From an uncultured archaeon (GTDB lineage: Archaea > Asgardarchaeota > Lokiarchaeia > Sigyniarchaeales > Promethearchaeaceae), in assembly GCA_964513765.1 (NCBI GenBank), contig CAZEPC010000066.1, positions 1-14,908 of the forward strand: DNA of 14,908 nt, written 5' to 3'. How positions within the stretch are numbered: the first letter of the stretch is position 1; each line of letters opens with the position of its first letter. The notes beneath the pieces are model-generated. The model made no database searches, was not told where the DNA came from, and saw only the letters and a list, made by a program, of their open reading frames with translations. The translations under genes and the position numbers were made by a program. Below are positions 6,221-13,746 of this stretch, one piece after another.

Positions 6221-8464
6221 ATGGAAAAACGAGATCTTAACAAAAAAGTCGTCGCATTTATGAAAAAAATCCCGAATATTGATTATTTTATCATTTTAAA
6301 TAGCGAAGGGATACCCATTACCAATGTGGCGAGCAGTCGAGACAAGAGGAGGGACCCGGACTATTTATCCTCGATTCTAAGGGTACTTGTTACTCCCTCG
6401 CTCAATATGAAATCTGCCTATGATACCTCCGAGCACCTTATAACAGTCTCTATGTTTTCAAAAATGGTAATTGTCCAGATCAACTTAGAAACCCATTATT
6501 TAGCATTTATAATGGATAAATCCAAATGGCCTATTTCCATTGAGGGATTTTATTCAAAATTAAAAGAACTTTACCTCAAATTATCTCATATTAAAAATCA
6601 CAGAAAGTCTCTTCTCAAAATTGTATATGCAGGGGAACAAAAAACCGATGAGGAAAAAATGGATAAGGCAGCAAAAAAGCTTCAGAAAGCAGAACAGTGC
6701 TTTCAAAGTTTCAGTGCGGGAGATTTCACCCAATATGACATTGAGATCCCCACCTCAGATCCAGAAGAGGCATGCAAAATTATTGGGAATGGACTCACAA
6801 ATTTTTGCATGAAAGTTTCTATTGTGAGTGAAGAGGGAAACATAATTTATCAAAATAAAGAACAGACCACAAAATTATCATACATTAATCTCAATTATTT
6901 ACAAAATCAAGAGGGTGATTTTGAAAATTTGCAGGCAGGGCATCTAATTCTTTCCATCCACTATTTCATGGACGGAGAGGTATTTGTAAGTAGCCCATTG
7001 GGACAAATAGATACCCAAAGGATCGATCTTACCAATCAAATGGCAAATTGGAACGTCGGCTTCAATGAGATTGTAAGTTATAACTATACTGCGGCCGCAA
7101 ATGTACACAATTTATTGCAGTCGGAGGTTTCAAATGATTTCATAGAACTTATAAATTATTTACTTAGTGATATCAATTCACTCCAACAAGAGATAGAATC
7201 ATATCTCAATTCAAATCAGTTTAATAAGGCTATTTCTTTAATGAATAGGGCAGTTTATATACTTCAAAATAATGGTCAATATTCTAATTCTGGAGATTTT
7301 CTGAAATGGATTGGTTATACTTATTTTGAAGCGGGTGAGATCCAAAACTCAATAAAAAATTATCTCTTAGCCAGTAAAGATTATAAAAAAGCGGGAGATT
7401 ATCAAAACCTCGCAAACGATTACACCGATTTGGGTTCGGTTTATGAAACTATTGATAAACCCGCCAGCGCAATGAAATATTATGAAGAAGCAAAACGCAT
7501 ATATCAAGATATTGAAAATCAAGCACAAGTACAAGCCATTGACGAAAAAATATCAGAATTGGAAGCGGAATTGACACAAAAATTACAAGATTATGTACAA
7601 TCCAGGACATTTAAATCAAAATCAATTAGTAAAATGGCCCAAGAATTAGAATTAAACGCAGAAGCACTTCCGAAATCGATTCAGAAATTAATAAGAAATA
7701 ATAAAATCAAGGGTTCCATTAATTTAAGAGCAAACACATACTCGAAAAAGGGCACAGGGCGTACTTTACCGAAGGTAACTGTGCCTTCGTCTGGCAGCAG
7801 TTCAAGTATGTCCAGTAGCAAGAATCAAACATCCGAAGATACTACTCCCAATTACGAAAATGCCCAACAAGAAAAACAACAATTATTGGCAGAAAATCGA
7901 AAATTAGACGCCGATATCTCAAATATAGAGAATAAAATATCCAGAACAAATTTATCCATTATGGATTTCCTTAAATACCAAGGTAAGATTCAAAAGAGAA
8001 ATTTAAATAAGTTGAAGGTACGTATCTATGAGGAACAACCGACCTTTAATGCAGCTGATGGAAGCCCATCAAAATGCGTAATTTGTCTAAAAGAATTTAT
8101 GAATAATGATAAAATAGTGGTGGGCAGTGGATTCCATGGATTTCATACTAAATGTATCAGTAAATGGATAAAAACTCAAGACAAATGTCCTGTATGTGAT
8201 CAAAGGCTTCTTCCATCCATTTTTGAGGAGTCAGATCTGTCAACAAGTGTTGCTATGGGAGATCCACAAGCCGAAGAGAAGATGGAAAGATTAAAAGGAC
8301 AAATAAAAACACTTAAACAATCCTTAGGCGGAGATGCGGACCTATTTGATAAGCTCGTCATGGAACGGGAAAACAAGGCGCGCCTCATGCGAGATATCAA
8401 CAAAAAAGATCAGACTATCCGTGAACTTAAATCCCAACTTAAGGTTTATAAACGACGAGGATGA
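6221..8464 (+). CDS. Multidomain Roadblock/LC7 - TPR-like - winged-helix - coiled-coil - variant RING-H2 protein (putative E3 ligase/GTPase-regulatory scaffold)
   Basis: 747-aa ORF with ATG at 6221. The N-terminal ~120 aa ('KKIPNIDYFIILNSEGIPITNV...LITVSMFSKMVIVQINLETHYLAFIMD') fit the Roadblock/LC7/MglB pattern. A possible second copy lies around 'KVSIVSEEGNIIYQ'. TPR-like repeats span about 7215..7525 ('GYTYFEAGEIQNSIKNYLLASKDYKKAGDYQNLANDYTDLGSVYETIDKPASAMKYYEEAKRIY'). A wHTH-like segment spans about 7620..7745. A Ser-rich linker and heptad-rich segments follow. The RING-H2-like motif 'CVIC-x17-H-x2-H-x2-C-x10-C-x2-C' lies at 8075..8197. Confidence 0.85.
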   Translation: MEKRDLNKKVVAFMKKIPNIDYFIILNSEGIPITNVASSRDKRRDPDYLSSILRVLVTPSLNMKSAYDTSEHLITVSMFSKMVIVQINLETHYLAFIMDKSKWPISIEGFYSKLKELYLKLSHIKNHRKSLLKIVYAGEQKTDEEKMDKAAKKLQKAEQCFQSFSAGDFTQYDIEIPTSDPEEACKIIGNGLTNFCMKVSIVSEEGNIIYQNKEQTTKLSYINLNYLQNQEGDFENLQAGHLILSIHYFMDGEVFVSSPLGQIDTQRIDLTNQMANWNVGFNEIVSYNYTAAANVHNLLQSEVSNDFIELINYLLSDINSLQQEIESYLNSNQFNKAISLMNRAVYILQNNGQYSNSGDFLKWIGYTYFEAGEIQNSIKNYLLASKDYKKAGDYQNLANDYTDLGSVYETIDKPASAMKYYEEAKRIYQDIENQAQVQAIDEKISELEAELTQKLQDYVQSRTFKSKSISKMAQELELNAEALPKSIQKLIRNNKIKGSINLRANTYSKKGTGRTLPKVTVPSSGSSSSMSSSKNQTSEDTTPNYENAQQEKQQLLAENRKLDADISNIENKISRTNLSIMDFLKYQGKIQKRNLNKLKVRIYEEQPTFNAADGSPSKCVICLKEFMNNDKIVVGSGFHGFHTKCISKWIKTQDKCPVCDQRLLPSIFEESDLSTSVAMGDPQAEEKMERLKGQIKTLKQSLGGDADLFDKLVMERENKARLMRDINKKDQTIRELKSQLKVYKRRG

Positions 8465-8474
8465 GAAATATAAT

Positions 8475-8714
8475 ATGGGAGAATATAAATCATATCGGAA
8501 AAAAATATCATTTGTAAATGTGGGTTTTTTCATTTCCATCGGCTTGATAATAGCCTTGATAATTGGGCTTATTTATTTCAATGGAAAGTACCCGCAATAC
8601 GACAATTCTGATATTTTGCGGAGTACTTACATAATTCTCGTCGTAGCAATCATTATTTCGAGTTTTATGATGAGGATTGGAAAAAATAGCGAAAATCCGA
8701 AATATCTTTCGTAA
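8475..8714 (+). CDS. Small 2-TM membrane protein (79 aa), closely following the upstream RING gene
   Basis: The track ORF 8334..8714 overlaps the 3' end of the 747-aa gene. The internal ATG at 8475 lies 10 nt after that gene's stop. Two clear hydrophobic helices are present ('VGFFISIGLIIALIIGLIYF' and 'YIILVVAIIISSFMM'). Confidence 0.55.
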   Translation: MGEYKSYRKKISFVNVGFFISIGLIIALIIGLIYFNGKYPQYDNSDILRSTYIILVVAIIISSFMMRIGKNSENPKYLS

Positions 8715-8720
8715 AAAAGG

Positions 8721-8727
8721 TTTTTTT
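8721..8727 (+). terminator. Oligo-T (T7) archaeal termination signal after the 8475..8714 gene
   Basis: The T7 run begins 7 nt after the TAA stop (8712..8714). Archaeal RNA polymerase terminates at oligo-T tracts. Confidence 0.4.
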
Positions 8728-8770
8728 CTCTTATTATTGAGAATTTTTATAAACGAGCTAAAAGAGGGGC

Positions 8771-8777
8771 AAAAAAA
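8771..8777 (-). terminator. Oligo-T (T7 on the minus strand) after the proteasome beta gene
   Basis: The A7 run on the plus strand is a T7 run on the minus strand. It lies 10 nt downstream of the psmB stop (8789..8787). Confidence 0.4.
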
Positions 8778-8786
8778 GGGAATTGA

Positions 8787-9452
8787 TTAATCCTTTAACG
8801 GGCCTTCCACTGCCTCAAATCCATCTTTTGTAATTTTCGCAATCTGAACCCCATAGCCAGAACCGGCATCCCTCTGACGTGCAGCGGTTAAAGCTTGCTT
8901 GACTAATTCCACACCTTCATCGGTACTCAGATCTGGTTTCCAGTTACCCTCTAATACACCGAGTGCAAAGGTTGATCCGGAACCAAGACTGACGTAATTC
9001 TCTGAATCGGTCATATAACCAATAAAATCGATTGGGAAAAGTTTCCCGACCTTTTCTTTGTGATTATATCCGCCAACGATCATAAACGCATAAAAATAGC
9101 TGCGGCCCCTAAAGAGCATGTTTCGGACCACATTTGCCACATAATCTACCGTTGGTGTCTTATCAAATCGAACGCCCTCTAATCGGGACATCGCTTGGGC
9201 CTGTGAAACAACATATTGGCAATCTGCCACTCCACCCGCAATGGTTGCACCCGTATATTTATTTATTTGAAATAACTTTTGGGCTTTCTTTGTAGCAATC
9301 GTGAAACCTGCGGTTGCTTGGGACTCCGTGGCTAAAATCACACCATCCTTGATAATGATACCAATCGTAGTTGTACCAGTTTTTAATTTTTCTAGTTTAT
9401 CAATATCCGCTTGGCTCATATCTCTATTTTGTGCTGGGTTAATTTGATTCAT
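8787..9452 (-). CDS. psmB: 20S proteasome beta subunit (archaeal type) with N-terminal propeptide
   Basis: 221-aa ORF with an ATG start. 'KTG|TTTIGIIIKDGVILATE' gives the catalytic Thr1 after a ~26-aa propeptide. 'KKAQKLFQI', 'GSGS' and 'ARQRDAGSG' align along the full length with Thermoplasma-type beta subunits. Confidence 0.95.
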   Translation of the reverse strand: MNQINPAQNRDMSQADIDKLEKLKTGTTTIGIIIKDGVILATESQATAGFTIATKKAQKLFQINKYTGATIAGGVADCQYVVSQAQAMSRLEGVRFDKTPTVDYVANVVRNMLFRGRSYFYAFMIVGGYNHKEKVGKLFPIDFIGYMTDSENYVSLGSGSTFALGVLEGNWKPDLSTDEGVELVKQALTAARQRDAGSGYGVQIAKITKDGFEAVEGPLKD

Positions 9453-9520
9453 TTTTGATCCCTTATTTCAGTATATTTAATAAAACCTATTGGTCCTATT
9501 TTATTTTTGTGGTTTTTATA

Positions 9521-10516
9521 TCAAATAAAGAGCTTGATTTTTTTCGAAAGCCATTGAAAAGCTTGTAATAAATTTTGACCAGTTTTGGCTGAAACTTGAA
9601 ATATCCTATAATTATCAGTATATTCACTTGGATTGTATATATCTTCAACCAAATCTGGGGACATTGAATCATTCAAGTCCATTTTATTGGCGAGTATTAG
9701 CAGGGGAATTGGTTTATTTTTTTTGCTCTTTGAAGTTCCTCGGTAGTAAAACCTAAGAATCCGATTAAATTCGCTTTCGGAGTCCTCATGTTTTTCTTCA
9801 TCACCGGCCGAGTCTATCACATAGATTATTGCATTTGGATGTGATAAAACATGAGTCCATCGGTGTCGCAAGCGTTTCTGACCGCCCACATCATACACCC
9901 GCATCGACATCTGTTCAAAAACTAATTTTAATACTTGGGGCGCGAGCGTCGGTGCCGTATCCTCTTGAAAAACACCTGTAATTAACCTTTTAATGATAGT
10001 CGTTTTTCCGACTGCTTCAACCCCAAAAAATATAATTTGGGCAAGGCCAAGCTTTTCTTTCCCCTTCATTTTATTTATTAAAGTGTTCCTTAGCTGATTC
10101 ATTATCATCCCAATTTTCCTATTTGCTTCCACAGTTTTGAAATTTAGAGGGGGTTCTGCCTTCTCAAATGCCCGAGAAATGGAAGAAATTTTTTTAATTT
10201 GGGCTACAGTATTTTTAAAATCCACCTCAAATATTTTTGGATTTTCTTGTTCATCCAAAATTGCCGTAATCATGAGAACTTCACAACCATTAGGGCTTTG
10301 TTCGGAGGGTACCTCAAAAATAAAATTAACAAAATTTGCATCTTCGGCAATAATAATATCTTCAAAACAGCCATTTTGACTGTTGGATTCTATTATATTT
10401 GAGAGGATGCGTTTAATTTTGGAAGATGATTCAATTGAAGGCTGGGAATATTCAATAACCACACCCTCTTTTTCGGATTGTCGGGATAAAATCAACTGCA
10501 TAATAATATGTGACAA
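9521..10516 (-). CDS. Arf/Sar/SR-beta-like small GTPase with ~150-aa N-terminal longin-like (or roadblock-like) domain
   Basis: 331-aa ORF. The start at 10516 is TTG, with the first ATG at 10501. In the C-terminal half, G1 is 'GVEAVGKT', switch I is 'APTLAPQV', G3 is 'YDVGGQKRLR' (Arf-type DVGGQ), G4 is 'NKMD' and G5 is 'SAKTG'. The N-terminal half has a beta-beta-alpha-beta-beta-beta-alpha hydrophobicity pattern. Confidence 0.85.
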   Translation of the reverse strand: MSHIIMQLILSRQSEKEGVVIEYSQPSIESSSKIKRILSNIIESNSQNGCFEDIIIAEDANFVNFIFEVPSEQSPNGCEVLMITAILDEQENPKIFEVDFKNTVAQIKKISSISRAFEKAEPPLNFKTVEANRKIGMIMNQLRNTLINKMKGKEKLGLAQIIFFGVEAVGKTTIIKRLITGVFQEDTAPTLAPQVLKLVFEQMSMRVYDVGGQKRLRHRWTHVLSHPNAIIYVIDSAGDEEKHEDSESEFNRILRFYYRGTSKSKKNKPIPLLILANKMDLNDSMSPDLVEDIYNPSEYTDNYRIFQVSAKTGQNLLQAFQWLSKKIKLFI

Positions 10517-10527
10517 AACGTGCTTTA

Positions 10528-11607
10528 TTATTTTTTGCCTTTTCCTCTTTTCATTTTGTTTTTATTCTTTTTAAATATATGTTGAATCTTTTCTTTCTTT
10601 AAATTGGCGAGGTACAATCCCGATAACACAAGCAATAGTCCGAAAATGACTTGTAGGGTAATTTTCTCATCCAAGACGATCGCACCTGTTATTATTCCCA
10701 CAACAGGTTGAAGCATGGTAAGAATTGCAATTTTTTCAGAACCAATATTTTTATTAGAGAGAGCAAAAGTCCAAAGGATAAAAGCTAAGCCAACACAAGC
10801 CACCCCCAAGTAGACTAATAGCCCCCATTGTGCAGCACTGAGATCAGAGGCTTCTTCAACCAAGCCCAAAGATAGAGATAGAGGTAAAAGGAAACAAATT
10901 GCACATAATAGAATCGAAGCGGTTACGTACAAAGATTTCTCACTATCAGAGATCTGCTTTGTAGAAAATGTATAGGACCCCCAAATAGCGAAAGCCAAAA
11001 TAGATAATAAATCACCCACCAAATGTCCACCGTAGAGTTCTTGGCCTTCACGGAGAATGACTAAGGTGACCCCGCTAAAGGCTAAAAAAAGACCCGCGAA
11101 AAAAAACTTGGTCGGCTTTTTTTTAAGAAAAATAAAATTGAGGATTACCACCCAAAAAGTTTGGGTTTGCCCGATTATGGCTTGATTTGTGGCCGTAGTT
11201 TTTGTGATTCCGTAATATTGAATAATATACGCAAAAGAATAGAGAATCATTCCTGTAAAAAGAAATCTTTTGATATATTTTTTAAGAACCTTCAGAAATT
11301 TTTTGCTTTGCCCCGTAAAAATGATGTATAGTAAGATGAATAATACTCCAAATAGCGTCCTAATCGTAGTAAAATTAAGAGAGAATAAAGGATCTGGAAC
11401 CACCTTCTTTGAAAAAGCAAAAGTAGTTCCCCAAAAGGTCACCGAAAAAATCCCCGCGATATAATAAAAAATCCGATTTTTTCCAGATTCCGATCGTGTA
11501 TGATCTTTAGAAAGGTTATTTTTATTACTTTGGGCGTCTTCTTGAATATTATTTTGAATATCATTTTTTGTTTGGTTGTTTTGCACTGGAATCTCCTTCA
11601 GGAACAT
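10528..11607 (-). CDS. EamA/DMT-superfamily transporter (about 10 TM) with polar N-terminal extension and Lys-rich tail
   Basis: 359-aa ORF with ATG at 11607..11605, directly abutting the stop (11610..11608) of the upstream gene. There are two internally repeated 5-TM halves typical of EamA proteins ('FAFSKKVV', 'ALSNKNIGSEKIAILTMLQPVVG'). Confidence 0.8.
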   Translation of the reverse strand: MFLKEIPVQNNQTKNDIQNNIQEDAQSNKNNLSKDHTRSESGKNRIFYYIAGIFSVTFWGTTFAFSKKVVPDPLFSLNFTTIRTLFGVLFILLYIIFTGQSKKFLKVLKKYIKRFLFTGMILYSFAYIIQYYGITKTTATNQAIIGQTQTFWVVILNFIFLKKKPTKFFFAGLFLAFSGVTLVILREGQELYGGHLVGDLLSILAFAIWGSYTFSTKQISDSEKSLYVTASILLCAICFLLPLSLSLGLVEEASDLSAAQWGLLVYLGVACVGLAFILWTFALSNKNIGSEKIAILTMLQPVVGIITGAIVLDEKITLQVIFGLLLVLSGLYLANLKKEKIQHIFKKNKNKMKRGKGKK

Positions 11608-13746
11608 TTATTTCTTATTCTGCTTTTCTTGTTTTCCAATTTCTTTTTCCTGATTATCTTGCACATCTTTATAGGGTTCTTCTTCATAGTAGGAATCTTT
11701 TTTTACTTCTGTTTCCAAATCCTCCACTTCCCTAAGTACGGAAATAAGGTGATCTTTCTCCACTGTTCCATCGGGTATTTTGGCCAAATATGGATATTTT
11801 CCGGTTAAGTCCTCAAATTCTTTTTTATATTCATCCTCTTCCATATTTTTGATCTTTTCCACATCGCTTATGTCTATGCCATGCTTCTTATAGAGTTCTT
11901 TTAACTTTTTTTCTTGTTCTTCAGGATTTCCCACCACAATAGGAATTTGAATACTTGGCATCCAAAAACTATCATTAACATGGTTATAATTTACCATTGC
12001 CATAATCTTGAATTTCCCTTCCTCCGTTGGAACAAAAGCCGAATCAATATTAATTTTTTCATATGGTTTCAGCTTTCCTACTTTCACAATTCTACGTTTG
12101 ATCATAAAAGAATTGGGTACGAAGAAAGTTACTCCAACATTAGTTAATGTTCTTGAACTTGAATTCTCAATGAGTAAGACAACCCGATTTTCCACATCAA
12201 TTTCTAAGTTTCGGGTTAAAATAATTAATTCCATAAATAAGGGTAAGGGCAGTTCTTCCATCTCGAGGGTATATGAGGTTTCGACCAACGCTTTTATTTG
12301 TGGTAGATAATCGTTGTTAAACAGTTCTTTTTGCTTCTCCAAGGGTAAGGTTTCCTTATTCCTTTTCTCAATAAACATTTCAATGTAATTGTTTAAGAAT
12401 TTATTTACTTTTTTATCAAAAACTGCATGGCGTTCGGAAATACCTTCTACAACATCCTTCATATGAATATTTTTCAAATCTGAATCGAAGGATTCATCCA
12501 TTAAATTGAAAAGAAAACTCTTAATTGTTTCCTCGAGTGCGCCAATATTAAACTTAATGTTTTCAAATCGCTCTACCACTTCTCCAGGATTAAAATGCTC
12601 GCCTTCAATGAGAATATCCACCAACTCAAAATCATCATCAACTTCCAAGGCGAAATCAGATAAGGTAGTATGAACGTATTGAGAAATAAGATCATCAAAA
12701 TTTTGGCGCGCTTCCGAATGCCTCCTTTGAAATTCTTTTCTGAACCCTTCCAAGTAGGGGGTGACCTTCCCGCAATGTATTTTCATCAGATCTTTTTGAT
12801 AATCTCTGAATCTTTCTTCAATATTGCTTAACCATCTTTTTGCCGCATAGAAATCCTCCTTGATTTCTTGGGTATAAAAAGGTATTCTCTCATATTGGAT
12901 CTTAAGAGCTTTGAAAGGCTTTTTTTCCCTCATTTCCTCCAATAAGAACATAAGAGATGTTCCCAAATTATAGAAAGTAATTACTTGTTTCTTCAAGGTG
13001 ATGGCCCGCGCATCCGTCAAATCTTTGAGCTTAAGCTCTAATTCCTCCAATTCATCCGCGAAATAGGCGGGGTTATTGGTGGTAAAATCCTCTAAAAGGG
13101 CGCAAAATTTCTCTGCACAATCAGAAAGTGATTCTTCCGACTGAAAATCAACATGATATTCTTTTGCAAATTCTTGGGCATAATTTTTAGCCTGTGCAAA
13201 ATTTTTTTGAGCTTGGTAATAAAAACTTTGAGAATCATCTACTTGATAGGCATCTTTGGCCTTTTGGGTAAAAATCAAGCCGCTTAATTGGATATTTCGT
13301 ATTTTTAAAAGAGAAATCATTTCATTGTATTGTTGAGCTTGAAGATCATTATCCAATAAGGGAACGAGGAATTGTTCTATAATAATAGCAAGTAATCCAA
13401 GGTGCTTCCTTAATTTTTGAATGTCTGTATCTTCTGATAAAAAACTATCTAACTTAGTAATAACGATGAGATCAATCTGACGGCTTTCGGAGAGTAGTTT
13501 ATTAAAATTTTTATCAATTTCCAGCATTCTCTTTTGTATGGTGTTCTTGGATACGCTGTCATTAATTTCCTCAAATTTCCCTTGATATCCAAAGAGATCC
13601 AATAGAACATCCGTGAGCAAATCAAGAGATTCCGTATACCCGTTGGTAGTACCACATGAGAAACACTGCACTGTGGAACCTTTTGTAATTGGTAGATTGA
13701 CCCCGCAATTTACGCAAGGAAGGCTTGTTATAGACATTTTTATCAT
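11608..13746 (-). CDS. Hypothetical protein: N-terminal zinc ribbon, ~450-aa alpha-helical region, beta-sandwich (CARDB/Ig-like) domain, acidic tail
   Basis: 712-aa ORF with ATG at 13746. 'CVNC-x13-CFSC' lies at about 13654..13716. The middle is long and rich in helix-forming residues. An alternating-hydrophobic beta segment 'NRVVLLIENSSSRTLTNVGVTFFVP...GKFKIMAMVNYNH...IQIPIVVGN' lies at about 11925..12189. The C-terminus is rich in E/K/D. I recognise no named family. Confidence 0.8.
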   Translation of the reverse strand: MIKMSITSLPCVNCGVNLPITKGSTVQCFSCGTTNGYTESLDLLTDVLLDLFGYQGKFEEINDSVSKNTIQKRMLEIDKNFNKLLSESRQIDLIVITKLDSFLSEDTDIQKLRKHLGLLAIIIEQFLVPLLDNDLQAQQYNEMISLLKIRNIQLSGLIFTQKAKDAYQVDDSQSFYYQAQKNFAQAKNYAQEFAKEYHVDFQSEESLSDCAEKFCALLEDFTTNNPAYFADELEELELKLKDLTDARAITLKKQVITFYNLGTSLMFLLEEMREKKPFKALKIQYERIPFYTQEIKEDFYAAKRWLSNIEERFRDYQKDLMKIHCGKVTPYLEGFRKEFQRRHSEARQNFDDLISQYVHTTLSDFALEVDDDFELVDILIEGEHFNPGEVVERFENIKFNIGALEETIKSFLFNLMDESFDSDLKNIHMKDVVEGISERHAVFDKKVNKFLNNYIEMFIEKRNKETLPLEKQKELFNNDYLPQIKALVETSYTLEMEELPLPLFMELIILTRNLEIDVENRVVLLIENSSSRTLTNVGVTFFVPNSFMIKRRIVKVGKLKPYEKINIDSAFVPTEEGKFKIMAMVNYNHVNDSFWMPSIQIPIVVGNPEEQEKKLKELYKKHGIDISDVEKIKNMEEDEYKKEFEDLTGKYPYLAKIPDGTVEKDHLISVLREVEDLETEVKKDSYYEEEPYKDVQDNQEKEIGKQEKQNKK

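Noticed and set aside
8334-8474. N-terminal 47 codons of track ORF 8334..8714
   Set aside because: This stretch overlaps the 3' end of the well-supported 747-aa gene in another frame and has no membrane or motif content. The internal ATG at 8475 just after the upstream stop gives a coherent 2-TM protein, so the start was moved.
8787-9452. Possibility that the proteasome beta gene is an HslV/Anbu-type bacterial homologue
   Set aside because: The propeptide followed by TTTIG, the 221-aa length and collinearity with Thermoplasma-type beta subunits fit a canonical archaeal 20S beta subunit.
199-13655. Shadow or antisense ORFs in the track (199..423, 617..829, 2112..2333, 2407..2634, 4068..4283, 5605..5871, 6621..6812, 8200..8403, 8342..8539, 10137..10379, 10199..10402, 10383..10574, 11270..11464, 11500..11808, 11914..12147, 12008..12310, 13449..13655)
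   Set aside because: Each lies within or largely overlaps a longer ORF that has recognisable domains. They are 63-102 aa, compositionally biased (I/F/L/K/S-rich) and carry no motifs. Such frames are expected in AT-rich coding DNA.
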